Source of the DNA: Solirubrobacterales bacterium
GTDB lineage: Bacteria; Actinomycetota; Thermoleophilia; Solirubrobacterales; 70-9
DNA: 64,000 nucleotides
Assembly: GCA_035273795.1 (NCBI GenBank)
Contig: DATEOT010000052.1
Coordinates: 471-64,470, forward strand
Direction of reading: 5' to 3'
The notes under the pieces are model-generated. The model made no database searches and was not told the origin of the DNA. It saw nothing but the letters and a program-made list of their open reading frames with translations. A program made the position numbers and the translations under genes. Positions 52,953-62,270 of this stretch are shown piece by piece. Position 1 is the first letter of the stretch. Each line of letters opens with the position of its first letter.

Positions 52953-53729
52953 TCAGCCAGCCTTACGGGCGGAGACGAAGATCTCGAACTGGGTCTCGTT
53001 CGGCTCCTTGGGCCGGCCGTTGCCGTGAAAGACGCGCTCGAAGGTCATCCCGACCGAGGCGTAGATCTCGCGCAGCTCGTCGACGTCGTAGAGGCGCTGG
53101 CGGAATTCGATCCGTTTGTCGAGGTTCTCGAGGACCTCGCCGAAGCGGAGCGGGATCATCGCCCCTTCCATGTAGCGCTCCTTCTTGTTCCACCGGTGCT
53201 CGACGAGTTCGACCATGCCGGAGCTGGGGATCCAGGAGCGCTGGGGAAGGCGGGCACGAGCGTAGAGAACATTGGGAACCTGGATCAGGTTCTGGCCTCC
53301 CTGCTTGAGAGCGCGGGAGATCACCTCGAAGGTGCGGTGGTTCTCCTCGTCGGTCTCGAAGTAGCCGACGGCACCGTCGTTGAGGTTGAGGACGACGTCG
53401 AACTCGTCCTCGAAGTCGAGCTTGCGCAGGTCGCCCTCGAGGAAGGTCGCCTCGAGGCCCTGTTCGTCGGCGTCCTTCTTCGCGATCGCGACCAGTTCGG
53501 GGGAGATCTCGACGCCGACGACCGAGAAGCCCTGCCGCACGAGCTCGAGCGAGTGGCGGCCGGTACCGCAGGCGAGGTCGAGGATCCGCTCCCCTCCCTG
53601 AGGGCGGAGCATGGTCAGGGCGCGCCTGATTTCGGACTCGGTGCGCTCCGTCCACGCCATGTCGGCCGACATGCCGGTGAACGCGGTCGCGTACCAGTCC
53701 TGCGGAATCTCCTCCTGAAGAACGCTCAT
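52953..53729 (-). CDS. Class I SAM-dependent methyltransferase
   Basis: Motif I ILDLACGTGRHS, followed by VVGVEISPE and FDVVLNL. Confidence 0.85.
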   Translation of the reverse strand: MSVLQEEIPQDWYATAFTGMSADMAWTERTESEIRRALTMLRPQGGERILDLACGTGRHSLELVRQGFSVVGVEISPELVAIAKKDADEQGLEATFLEGDLRKLDFEDEFDVVLNLNDGAVGYFETDEENHRTFEVISRALKQGGQNLIQVPNVLYARARLPQRSWIPSSGMVELVEHRWNKKERYMEGAMIPLRFGEVLENLDKRIEFRQRLYDVDELREIYASVGMTFERVFHGNGRPKEPNETQFEIFVSARKAG

Positions 53730-53772
53730 CTCTCTCCCTCACTGCGCCGATTGCACAGGAAAGCTTAAAAGA

Positions 53773-54012
53773 TCAAGCGTTGTGCTGCCTCTCCTCGCGC
53801 CGGTGCCTGCGCACCAGGGGTGCAACGTAGCCGATCAAAGCGCCGATACCGGCGGCGAGGAGGATGATGACGATCAGCGGCGCCTGGAAGCTGGCGGTGA
53901 GGAGCTCGAAGCTGACCTCCTGAGAGTTCTGCAGGGCAACGATCAGGACGAGGGCGCTGAGGATGCCGACGAGCCAGGCGCGCCAGTTGACGGGCTTCTT
54001 CTCCGCTTGCAT
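53773..54012 (-). CDS. Small two-TM membrane protein (LapA/DUF1049-like)
   Basis: 79 aa, two hydrophobic helices and a basic C-terminus RRHRREERQ. Confidence 0.5.
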   Translation of the reverse strand: MQAEKKPVNWRAWLVGILSALVLIVALQNSQEVSFELLTASFQAPLIVIILLAAGIGALIGYVAPLVRRHRREERQHNA

Positions 54013-54051
54013 TTCCTGATCCTAGTTCCCAGATGCGGCAGACTTAGGCCT

Positions 54052-54405
54052 GTGGGCACCGCGCAACGACCCGATCCGACCGAGTCGGTCCGCCATAAGC
54101 TGCGGCCGCTGTTCGACCAGATCGTGATCAAGGAGCTGGATCAGGACCGGGTGCGGCGATCGGGGCTCGTGGTGCCGCCGGGAACGCACGAGCCGCCCCC
54201 GGAGCAGGGAATCGTCCTCGCCGTCGGGCCCGGGTTGGACTGGTGGGCAGGAGCCGGCGTGGAGATGCCGGTGCAGCCGGGTGACCACGTCGTCTTCCCG
54301 TCCAGCGCCGGCGCCTGGGTGGAAGTGGACGAGGAGCGCCTGCTCGTCTGCCGAGTCACGCAGATCCTCGGCGTGCTCGAGTCGACTTCGCTGGAACAGG
54401 GCTAA
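54052..54405 (+). CDS. GroES/Cpn10-family protein (orphan, atypical)
   Basis: LRPLFDQIVIKELD...SGLVVPP...EQGIVLAVGPG...GDHVVFPS...LLVCRVTQILGVLE follows the GroES fold pattern. A GTG start at 54052 is assumed. No groEL is adjacent. Confidence 0.65.
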   Translation: MGTAQRPDPTESVRHKLRPLFDQIVIKELDQDRVRRSGLVVPPGTHEPPPEQGIVLAVGPGLDWWAGAGVEMPVQPGDHVVFPSSAGAWVEVDEERLLVCRVTQILGVLESTSLEQG

Positions 54406-55487
54406 CGGACCGCGGATACGGCTCGGCGCTCGCCCCCGCCGCGCTTGCGGCTGAGCATGCGCTCGTCGGCGGCGCGGATCAGAGCCTCGAAGTCCTTGGC
54501 GTCCTCAGGGCAGATCGCCCAGCCGACGGAGGCGCTTGGGGCCGGAATGCCGGAGTCGGAGTACTGGGTGCTGATCGCCCCGCAGATCGATTCGGCCATC
54601 AGGCGGGCGCCCTCGCCGTGGGCGCCGGGCGCGATCACCGCGAACTCGTCGCCGCCTATGCGGGCAAGCGTGTCGGTCGAGCGGAGAATCGACTCGATGC
54701 GAGCGGCCACCTGACAGAGGACGGCGTCGCCGACCGGATGGCCGTGGTTGTCGTTCACACCCTTGAAGTCGTCGATGTCGATGACGAGCAGGGCGAGCGG
54801 GCTGCGATCGACCTGGCGCCGCCCTTCCGGTCGAGTGCGGCCCGCCAGCTCCTGCTGCAGGACCAGGTCGAAGTGACGCCGGTTGGCGACGCCGGTCAGG
54901 GGGTCTCGGTTGGCGACGTCGCGGTGATGGAGCTCGGCCGCGAGCAGGCGCTTCTTGAGGCCGACCAGGACCCAGGTGGCGGAGAGGAAGCCGGCGACCA
55001 GGGCGACGTAGTTGGGCAGGAAGGCGACGTCGATCGCGCGCGAGTCGTAGAGGAGGGGGGTGCCGGCGACCAGGATCAGCTCGATCGAGAGCGGCCACGC
55101 CCACTCGGTTGGGAAGAAGAAGGCGGCGTAGATCAGCGTAGTGACCAGCATCGGCTGCACGAAGCTCATCGCCCCGCCGGTGACGTAGATGGCGAGGCCG
55201 ATGAACGGGATCGTGATCACCATCCCGATCGCCAGCACCTTCATCGAGACGCGGTCCCAGCGAAGCAGGCCCAGCGCTCCCACCAGGCCGTAGAAGAAGA
55301 AGGCCCCGCTGAGGGCATAGACCCAGACCATGTCGACGTGCTGGGCGCCGGGGAGGTAGCAGCTGCCGACGGCGATGAACGAGGCGAGGATCCAGAGGAC
55401 GCCGGAGATCCTCCCCATCCGCGCGCGCTCGTCAGGCGCTTCGGCGAAGGCCGGCATCGCGGAGGAGGTCAGGGATCCTTGCGGCAT
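54402..55487 (-). CDS. Membrane-bound diguanylate cyclase (GGDEF)
   Basis: About 6 N-terminal TM helices, then DPLTGVANRR, LLVIDIDDFKGVND and RIGGDEFAV (active site), with an RxxD-like I-site region. Confidence 0.88.
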   Translation of the reverse strand: MPQGSLTSSAMPAFAEAPDERARMGRISGVLWILASFIAVGSCYLPGAQHVDMVWVYALSGAFFFYGLVGALGLLRWDRVSMKVLAIGMVITIPFIGLAIYVTGGAMSFVQPMLVTTLIYAAFFFPTEWAWPLSIELILVAGTPLLYDSRAIDVAFLPNYVALVAGFLSATWVLVGLKKRLLAAELHHRDVANRDPLTGVANRRHFDLVLQQELAGRTRPEGRRQVDRSPLALLVIDIDDFKGVNDNHGHPVGDAVLCQVAARIESILRSTDTLARIGGDEFAVIAPGAHGEGARLMAESICGAISTQYSDSGIPAPSASVGWAICPEDAKDFEALIRAADERMLSRKRGGGERRAVSAVR

Positions 55488-55532
55488 ACCTTCTCATCGG
55501 CCGATGCCGGCCCGGGTTTGAGGACCGCCGTG

Positions 55533-57002
55533 TTAGCCGGCCTCGGAGAGGGCGGGCTCCGGTTCGCCCTCCGCGTGAGCAGGCGCTGCTTGCTGCTGCT
55601 CCGGTGCCCGCAGCACGAACACCGCGATCGCAACTGCGATCGCGGCAAAGGCGGCTCCGATCAGATACGCCACGTGGTACCCGGAGTTGAGCGCGGCTTT
55701 GACGGCCTCGCCCCCGGCTTCGAGCGATTTCGTCCGCTCGGCCGAGACGGTGGCCAGGACGGCCAAGCCGACCGCGCCGCCCACCTGCATGCTGGTGTTG
55801 ACGAGGCCGGAGGCGAGACCGGCGTCCTCAGGGGTTGCCCCCGACATCGCCAGGGTCATGATCGAGGGGAACGAGGTGCCGACGCCGATCGCGATCAGCA
55901 GGAACGGCGGCAGCAGGTCGGTCAGGTAGTTGCCGTCGACCGGCGTGCGGGCGAAGAGGAGCAGGGCGACGACGACCAGAGAGACGCCCGGGATCAAGGT
56001 GTTGCGCGGGCCGAAGCGCATGATCAGCTTTTCCGAGAGGCCGAGCGACAGCACCCCCATCAGCAGAGAGGTGGGGAGGAAGGCGAGGCCGACCTCGAGC
56101 GGGCTGTAGCCGAGCACCCGCTGCAGGTAGAGCGCGCCGAGGAAAAACATCCCGAACATCCCTGCGACGAGCAGCGCCTGGAGCACGTTGGAGCCGGCGA
56201 CGTTGCGGGAGCGGAAGAGCCGCAGCGGCATCAGCGGTTTCTCGATCGTCGCCTGGCGATGGATGAAGAGCGCCAGCAGCGCCAGCGAGATCAAACCGAG
56301 GATGAAGACACGGGTGTCGTCCCAACCCCAGGGCTCGATTCGCAGGATCGTGAAGACGCCGAGCATCAGCGAGCTGGTGATCAGGGCGGCGCCGGGATAG
56401 TCGGCGCCCTCGCTGAGGCCGATCCCCTTCGGGTCGGCAACCAGGCGCTTCGCCAGGTAGGCGACCGCGATCCCGATCGGCAGGTTGATGAAGAAGATCC
56501 AGTGCCAGCTGATCGCGTCGGTGAGGATGCCGCCGAGCAGCAGGCCAATCGAGCCGCCGGCCGAGGCGACGAAGCCGTAGACGCCGATCGCTTTCGCCTG
56601 CGCCGCCGGCTCCGGAAACATCGTCACGATCATCCCCAGGATCACTGCCGAGGCCAACGCCCCGCCGATCCCTTGGATGAAGCGAGCGCCGATCAGCATC
56701 TCCTGGTTCTGCGAGGCGGCGCAGAGGAGCGAGGCGGCGGTGAAGATCGTCAGCCCGAAGAGGAAGACGCGGCGCTGGCCGAGCAAGTCGCCCATCCGTC
56801 CCGCCAGCAGCAGCAGGCCGCCGAAGGGGATCATGTAGGCGTTGATCACCCAGGCGAGGTTGCTCTGGGAGAAGCCGAGATCGTCCTGGATCGAGGGCAG
56901 GGCGACGTTGACGATCGTCGCGTCGAGGACGATCATCAGCATCCCCGCGCAGAGGACGTAGAGGGCAAGCCAGCGGGTGCGGTCGTTCTCAGTCGTGTTC
57001 AT
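55533..57002 (-). CDS. MFS transporter, DHA2 (EmrB/QacA, 14-TMS) family
   Basis: LDATIVNVALPSI and LLLAGRMGDLLGQRR motifs. The length is consistent with 14 TM helices. Confidence 0.9.
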   Translation of the reverse strand: MNTTENDRTRWLALYVLCAGMLMIVLDATIVNVALPSIQDDLGFSQSNLAWVINAYMIPFGGLLLLAGRMGDLLGQRRVFLFGLTIFTAASLLCAASQNQEMLIGARFIQGIGGALASAVILGMIVTMFPEPAAQAKAIGVYGFVASAGGSIGLLLGGILTDAISWHWIFFINLPIGIAVAYLAKRLVADPKGIGLSEGADYPGAALITSSLMLGVFTILRIEPWGWDDTRVFILGLISLALLALFIHRQATIEKPLMPLRLFRSRNVAGSNVLQALLVAGMFGMFFLGALYLQRVLGYSPLEVGLAFLPTSLLMGVLSLGLSEKLIMRFGPRNTLIPGVSLVVVALLLFARTPVDGNYLTDLLPPFLLIAIGVGTSFPSIMTLAMSGATPEDAGLASGLVNTSMQVGGAVGLAVLATVSAERTKSLEAGGEAVKAALNSGYHVAYLIGAAFAAIAVAIAVFVLRAPEQQQAAPAHAEGEPEPALSEAG

Positions 57003-57088
57003 GCAAGTAGGACTCCTGGATTGGCGGAAACTAATCGCCGGACGGGCGGAGCGTTGTGAGATTCGTCAATCGACGGCAGTCGCGCTAG

Positions 57089-57562
57089 TCAGGACTCGCC
57101 GTCGAAGTAGTCGACCCTGCTCTCGCGGCGGACGATGACGTCGGCCTCGGGGTCGCCGGTCCAGATCCCGACCTTATCGCTGTCGGGGTAGACGGTGGCG
57201 GTGGGGACGACGACCGTCGAGAACATGAGGACGCGGACGGTCTCCTCCGTCTCGTTGGCGATGCCGTGGGCGCCTTCCGGGCCCTTGGGGAAGAAGACGA
57301 CGTCCCAAGGCTCGAGCCGTTCGCTGCCGTCGGGATGGCGCAGCGTCGGGTTCCCCTCCAACACCAGCAGCCACTCCTCCTCGCCGCACTCGTAGTGATA
57401 CGGGCAGACCGCCTGCCCGGGCGGCAGCTCGTAGACCGTGATGCCGGACTCTTTCGCGCTTCCGCCGAGGAGCTTGCCGAGTCGGGACATGCCGCTGCGG
57501 AAGCCTTCCGGGTCCTCGGTGTCGTACTCGAACCGGGGCGATCCGATGTTGATCCGCTGCAT
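57089..57562 (-). CDS. Cupin-domain protein
   Basis: Motif context PYHYECGEEEWLLVLEG and GAHG, a small beta-barrel protein. Confidence 0.7.
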   Translation of the reverse strand: MQRINIGSPRFEYDTEDPEGFRSGMSRLGKLLGGSAKESGITVYELPPGQAVCPYHYECGEEEWLLVLEGNPTLRHPDGSERLEPWDVVFFPKGPEGAHGIANETEETVRVLMFSTVVVPTATVYPDSDKVGIWTGDPEADVIVRRESRVDYFDGES

Positions 57563-57583
57563 GGGTCGAAGCTAGCAGCGGCC

Positions 57584-60500
57584 TCAGCGACCGCGCCGGC
57601 CGAAGGAGTGACCGACGGGGGTCACGGCGCGGAGCTCGGCGATGGCCAGCTCGCGCCCGTTGCGAGGCCTGGGTTTCGAGGGTTTGTCCCGCTCCAGCGG
57701 CGCCAGGTCGCTGACGAGGACGTTGACGACGCCTTCGCGGCGCTCGAGGCGGCCGCGGGCGCGGAGCAGGGGAACGGTGCGGACGAGGGGGCGGTGGCGC
57801 TCGTAGACGGCCGGGGGAACGACGAGGTTGACCGAGCCGCGCTCGTCCTCGAGCAGCACGAAGGTGACTCCGTTGGCGGTCTCGGGACGCTGGCGGGCGG
57901 TGACCATGCCGGCGATTTCGATCCTGGCGCCGTGGTCGAGGCGGGCGAGGTCGGAGCTGCGGACCAGGTTCGGGTCGAGGCCGGGGCGCAGCAGCTTCAA
58001 CGGGTGCTTCTCCACCGTCATCCCGGTCGAGCGGTAGTCGGCGATCAGCTTCCCCCACTCCCCCAGCGGTTCCAGCTCGGGCGGCGCCGGCGGCTCCATC
58101 GGCAGCGCCAGCTGGGTGTCGGCACCGGCGATGCGGCCGGCGGCGGTGACGCCGACCTGCCACAGGGCCTGGCGGCGATCGTCCTCCGAGCCGACCGGGA
58201 TGCCGTCGAGGGCACCGGCCCAGGCGAGGCGTTCGAGGCTCGGTAGGCCTACCCCCGCGCGGGAGGCGAGCTCGGCGATCCCCTCGTAGCGCCCGCCGCG
58301 CTCGCGCTCGGCCACCAGCGCCTCCATCTCCTCCTTCTTCACCCCCTTCACGTAGCCGAGGCCGACCCGCACCACGAGGCCGCCGCGCACGTCGCCTTCT
58401 TCCCGCGGCGTTTCGACGTGGCACAGCACCCGGCTGCGGTTGGCGCACGGCGCCGCCACGCGGATGCCGCGGCGCTGGGCCTCGTGGACCAGCGAGTCGG
58501 GCGGGTAGAAGCCCATCGGCTGCTCGTTCAGCAGCGAGCAGAGGAACTCGGGCCCGTAGTGGATCCGCAGCCAGGCCGACTGGTAGGAGAGCAGGCCGAA
58601 GGCGGCGGAGTGCGCCTTCGGGAAGCCGTAACCGGCGAATCCCTTGATCTGGTTCCAGACCTTTTCCGCGACCTCCTCGGAGGCGCCGTTGGCGGCGGCG
58701 CCGGCGAGGAAGCGGCGGTGGTGCTCGGCGATCGCCTCCTCGGAGCGCTTGCGGCTCATCGCCCGCCGCAGCCCCTCCGCCTCGGAGGAGCTGAAGCCGG
58801 CCAGCGCCATCGCCGACTCGATCACCTGCTCCTGGAAGACGATCGTCCCCAGCGTCTCCTCCAGCACCGGCTCCAGCGAGGGGTGCGGGTAGGGGACCTT
58901 GTACTCCGGGTCCTCGCGGAGGAGCTTGCGCCTCTCTATATAGGGGTGGATGGCGCCGCCCTGGATCGGCCCCGGCCGCACCAGCGCCACCTGCACGATC
59001 AAGTCGTCGAGATCGCGCGGCTGGGTTCGCGGCAGCATCTGCATCTGCGCCCGGCTCTCGATCTGGAAGACGCCGGTGGTCTCGGCGGCGCGGATCGATT
59101 CGAAGGTCTCCGCGTCGTCGAGCGGGATCCGCGAGAGGTCGAGCCGCTCGCCGCGGGTGCGGCCGATCTCCTCGACGCAGCGCTCGACCGCCGAGAGCAT
59201 CCCCAGCCCCAGCAGGTCGATCTTGAGGAAGCCCGCGTCGGCGCAGGAGTCCTTGTCCCACTGGACCGTCTGCCGACCCTTCATCGCCGCCGGGACGACC
59301 GGGCAGACGTCGATCAGCGGCCGGGTCGAGATCACCATCCCGCCCGGGTGCTGGGAGGAGTGGCGGGGCAGGCCCATGATCTCGTCGGCGAGCTCGAGCA
59401 GGACCCGCCAGCGCGGCTCCTTCGCCCGCTCGGGGCCGAGGGAGGCGACGAGATCGCGCTCGATCTCGGCCGCGGTCCGCTCGTGGAAGCCGACCGTCTT
59501 CGCCACCCGGTCGATCTCCCCCGGCGGCAGGCCCAGGGCCTTGCCGAGGTCGCGGACGGCACCCTTCGGGCGGTAGGTGGGGAAGGCGGCGACGAGAGCG
59601 GAGCGGTCGGCCCCCCAGCGCTCGTGCACGCGCGGGATCAGCACCTCGCGGATGTCCCGGGGGAAGTCGAGGTCGATGTCCGGCAGGGTGGTCGTTTCCT
59701 CGTTGAGGAAGCGGCCGGCGAAGAGGTCGGCCTCGACCGGGTCGACGTGGGAGAGGCCGGTCAGGTAGCAGACGATCGAGCTGACGCTGGAGCCCCTTCC
59801 GCGTCCCGGCGGCAGGACGTTGCGCGCCGACTCGGGACCGCGCACCTCGGCGGCGACCTCGCGCGCCAGCTCGAGCAGGTCGCGGTGGAGGAGGAAGAAG
59901 CCGGAGAGGCCGAGCTTGCGGATCGTCGCCAGCTCCTCCTCCAGCCGCCACTGGGCTTCGAGCAGACGGGCGCTGCCGGCGTAGCGCTCGCCGAGATGGT
60001 GGTTGCAGACGCGGGCCAGCTCGGCGTCGGCACCGGCGTCCTCGCTGCCGGGATACCGGTAGCCGAGCTGCTCGGTGAGATCGAAGCGCAGCCTCTCGGC
60101 GAGCCGCTCGGCCTCGGCGACCGCCTCCGGGTACTCGGCGAAGCGGGCCGCCATCGCCGCCGGCGAGGCGAGGGACGAGGTCGAGTTGCCGCGGCGGTGG
60201 GGCTCGGACTCCTCCAGCGTCTCGCAGCGGCCGATCGCGACCAGCGCGTCCTGCAGCGGCGCCCGGCGGCGGTCGTGGGAGTGGGCGTTGCCGGTGGCGA
60301 CGCAGGGGACATCGAGGCGTTCGGCGAGCAGCCCCAGCCAGCGGTTGCGGGCGCGATCGCGGCGCCAGTAGGGACGCTGCAGCTCGATCCGAAAGCGATC
60401 GCGGCCGAAGGCCGCGAGGAGGCGGCGGGCAACCCGTTCCCCACCGGCGGTGTCCCCGCGTTCAAAGGCCCCGGCCGCCGCCCCCTCCCGCGCACAGCCA

Positions 60501-60958
60501 GAGAGACAAACCAACCCCTCCGCATGCTCCTCCACCTGCTCCAACGTCGCCCACGGCTGCGTCTGACTACGCGTCGTGTTGTCCCGCGTATGCGAATGAG
60601 CGAGGGTCAGCAACCTGCACAAGTTCCGGTATCCGGTCTCGTCTTCGACCAGCAGAGTCAAGTGAGCGGTCCCTCCGGCGGGTGGCGACGATCGGGAGGA
60701 CTCTCCCGGCAGGGAGAGCCCCCGATCGGAGACAGGACCCGCCGGCCGGAGCTCCACCGTCAACTCCGTCCCGGTAATCGCCCGGATCCCGAACCCCCGG
60801 CAGGCATGGGCGAACTCCATCGACCCCCAGACCCCGTCGTGATCGGTGAGGGCGAAGGCGGGATACCCCTGCGCGGCCGCGGCCGCGGCCAGCTCCATCG
60901 GGGTCGAGGCGCCGTCGAGGAAGGAGAAGGCGGAGTGAGCGTGCAGCTCGACGTACAT
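57584..60958 (-). CDS. dnaE2: Error-prone DNA polymerase III alpha-like subunit DnaE2 (ImuC)
   Basis: PHP domain start YVELHAHSAFSFLDGAS, followed by the pol III alpha core. It lies in an operon with an ImuB-like gene behind a LexA box. It contains an in-frame copy of the 64-bp repeat. Confidence 0.85.
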   Translation of the reverse strand: MYVELHAHSAFSFLDGASTPMELAAAAAAQGYPAFALTDHDGVWGSMEFAHACRGFGIRAITGTELTVELRPAGPVSDRGLSLPGESSRSSPPAGGTAHLTLLVEDETGYRNLCRLLTLAHSHTRDNTTRSQTQPWATLEQVEEHAEGLVCLSGCAREGAAAGAFERGDTAGGERVARRLLAAFGRDRFRIELQRPYWRRDRARNRWLGLLAERLDVPCVATGNAHSHDRRRAPLQDALVAIGRCETLEESEPHRRGNSTSSLASPAAMAARFAEYPEAVAEAERLAERLRFDLTEQLGYRYPGSEDAGADAELARVCNHHLGERYAGSARLLEAQWRLEEELATIRKLGLSGFFLLHRDLLELAREVAAEVRGPESARNVLPPGRGRGSSVSSIVCYLTGLSHVDPVEADLFAGRFLNEETTTLPDIDLDFPRDIREVLIPRVHERWGADRSALVAAFPTYRPKGAVRDLGKALGLPPGEIDRVAKTVGFHERTAAEIERDLVASLGPERAKEPRWRVLLELADEIMGLPRHSSQHPGGMVISTRPLIDVCPVVPAAMKGRQTVQWDKDSCADAGFLKIDLLGLGMLSAVERCVEEIGRTRGERLDLSRIPLDDAETFESIRAAETTGVFQIESRAQMQMLPRTQPRDLDDLIVQVALVRPGPIQGGAIHPYIERRKLLREDPEYKVPYPHPSLEPVLEETLGTIVFQEQVIESAMALAGFSSSEAEGLRRAMSRKRSEEAIAEHHRRFLAGAAANGASEEVAEKVWNQIKGFAGYGFPKAHSAAFGLLSYQSAWLRIHYGPEFLCSLLNEQPMGFYPPDSLVHEAQRRGIRVAAPCANRSRVLCHVETPREEGDVRGGLVVRVGLGYVKGVKKEEMEALVAERERGGRYEGIAELASRAGVGLPSLERLAWAGALDGIPVGSEDDRRQALWQVGVTAAGRIAGADTQLALPMEPPAPPELEPLGEWGKLIADYRSTGMTVEKHPLKLLRPGLDPNLVRSSDLARLDHGARIEIAGMVTARQRPETANGVTFVLLEDERGSVNLVVPPAVYERHRPLVRTVPLLRARGRLERREGVVNVLVSDLAPLERDKPSKPRPRNGRELAIAELRAVTPVGHSFGRRGR
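60677..60740. repeat. About 64-bp palindrome-containing repeat, copy B (inside dnaE2)
   Basis: The reverse complement matches 31098..31161 except in the central loop. It is translated as GPVSDRGLSLPGESSRSSPPAGG inside the PHP domain region. Confidence 0.8.
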
Positions 60959-60978
60959 AAATGATCAACCCCTGAGCC

Positions 60979-61224
60979 TCAGGCCCGCTGCCGGTACCAG
61001 CGCTGGCCGCGGGCGGTGCGGAACACCGTCAGCGCCCGGCCGTCGCCCAGCGCCAGCTCGAAGTAGTGGCGGCGCAGCGGCTTCGACGTCCACCAGCGGT
61101 CCTCGACCAGCCACTCCTCGCGCACGGTCTCGACCTGGTGTCCCTCGACCGTTGTCGGGGCGCCGCGGGGATCGGTCCGCACCGCCACCCGCTGGGGGGC
61201 ATAGAGGCGACGAAGGCCGGGCAT
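60979..61224 (-). CDS. Small conserved-looking protein (81 aa) between imuB-like and dnaE2
   Basis: MPGLRRLYAPQRVAVRTD...EWLVEDRWWTSKPLRRHYFELAL. Its ATG overlaps the imuB-like stop (TGATG). Only the last 81 codons of the track's 416-aa ORF are used. Confidence 0.55.
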   Translation of the reverse strand: MPGLRRLYAPQRVAVRTDPRGAPTTVEGHQVETVREEWLVEDRWWTSKPLRRHYFELALGDGRALTVFRTARGQRWYRQRA

Positions 61225-62255
61225 CAGAGCTCCGGGTAGGGGGTCAGCATCGCCCAGCGCTCGGGCACCCGCGAAGCAGCGTCGACGGGGAGGATCTTCA
61301 GCAGCGACTCCGAGCCTTGCGCGGCGCGTACCTCCCGCACCGCCGCCCCGAGCCGGCGCCGTCGCGGCTCGCTGCCACCGACAGAGAGCTCGAGCTGGTC
61401 GCTGGCAGCCGGTCCGAGACCCACAGCCCGCAGGCGCAGCGCCGTCGCCGGCCCCGGCAGCTCCTCGAGGCGCGGGACGAGGACGTTGCGCAGAGCTCGG
61501 GGCGAGGCGCTGGGGCGGCCCAATCCCTGCTCGACGCTCCAGCTGCCGCCGGTCGCGAGCATCGCCCCCATACGGAGGCCGAGCAGGGTCCTCCCCTTCC
61601 GCTGCGGTGCCGCCAGGAGGCGGTCGACGAGCAGCTCGAGGGCACGATCGAGCTGGCGCCCGGCAGTCCCCTCCGGCAACTCGATCTCCTCGGCCAGCTC
61701 CTCGTGCGGAGCGCGGGGGCGCAACGGTCCCTCCTCGCCGCGGCAGAGGCGCAGCGCCCGCTGCCCAAGAGGGCCGAAGCGGTCGGCGACCTGATCGGTG
61801 GAAAGGCGCTCGAGCGCCGGCAGGGTCTCGATTCCGAGGCGCTCGAGCGCCTCGATCAGCCCGCCGGCCTCGCGCTCGGGAACGCCCAGCCGCGTCCGCA
61901 GAGCGGCGGTCGGGGTCGGACGGGGCCAGTCGGCGGCCGCGAGGAAGGCGGCGAAGCGGGTGGGGCCGGTGCCGATCGCCCTCTCCTCTCCGACCGCTTG
62001 CCGCACCGCGGCGAGGACTCCGGCCGAGGAGCCCCCGTAGAGGCCGCGAAGCCCGTCGATAGCGAAGAAGGCCTCTCCCGGCCTCTCCGACTCCGGCGCG
62101 ATGCCAAGCGCCTCCAGCGCCCGCAGCATCGTCTCGGTCCTCTCCGCGGCTTGGACGGGGTCGTGAAGAGCGACGCGCCCGGACCGAAGCCCCCCAGCAC
62201 GGTCCGGGCGCGACGGAGCCGCCAGGCATTCATCGATGACACAGGCGATCTCCAT
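61224..62255 (-). CDS. imuB: ImuB-like Y-family-polymerase-related protein (short form)
   Basis: The segments FFAIDGLRGLYGG, GTGPTRFAAFLAA, and the HhH-like LPALERLSTDQVADRFGPLGQRALRL follow the ImuB/DinB fold order. It lacks catalytic acidic motifs. Its position upstream of dnaE2 supports the call. Confidence 0.68.
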   Translation of the reverse strand: MEIACVIDECLAAPSRPDRAGGLRSGRVALHDPVQAAERTETMLRALEALGIAPESERPGEAFFAIDGLRGLYGGSSAGVLAAVRQAVGEERAIGTGPTRFAAFLAAADWPRPTPTAALRTRLGVPEREAGGLIEALERLGIETLPALERLSTDQVADRFGPLGQRALRLCRGEEGPLRPRAPHEELAEEIELPEGTAGRQLDRALELLVDRLLAAPQRKGRTLLGLRMGAMLATGGSWSVEQGLGRPSASPRALRNVLVPRLEELPGPATALRLRAVGLGPAASDQLELSVGGSEPRRRRLGAAVREVRAAQGSESLLKILPVDAASRVPERWAMLTPYPEL

Positions 62256-62256
62256 A

Positions 62257-62270
62257 CGAACATATGTTCG
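62257..62270 (-). promoter_or_regulatory. LexA (SOS/Cheo) box with adjacent -10 element
   Basis: Perfect palindrome CGAACATATGTTCG (extended to ACGAACATATGTTCGT), 1 nt upstream of the imuB-like ATG. A TATAGT -10 hexamer on the minus strand at 62277..62282 lies 6 nt upstream of the box. Confidence 0.78.

Noticed and set aside
54618-57059. 813-aa plus-strand ORF across the GGDEF and MFS genes
   Set aside because: It is antisense to two genes with clear motifs (GGDEF active site, 14-TMS MFS). Its composition is dominated by D/E/R/G/A runs.
57174-60964. 925-aa (minus, off-frame) and 848-aa (plus) ORFs overlapping dnaE2
   Set aside because: The dnaE2 frame has the PHP and pol III alpha signatures throughout. 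The alternatives are R/P/G-rich shadows.
61225-62229. Upstream 335 codons of the 416-aa minus-strand ORF 60979..62229
   Set aside because: This part overlaps the ImuB-like frame and is R/G/A/P-rich. Only the last 81 codons, which begin at an ATG coupled to the imuB-like stop, look like a real protein.
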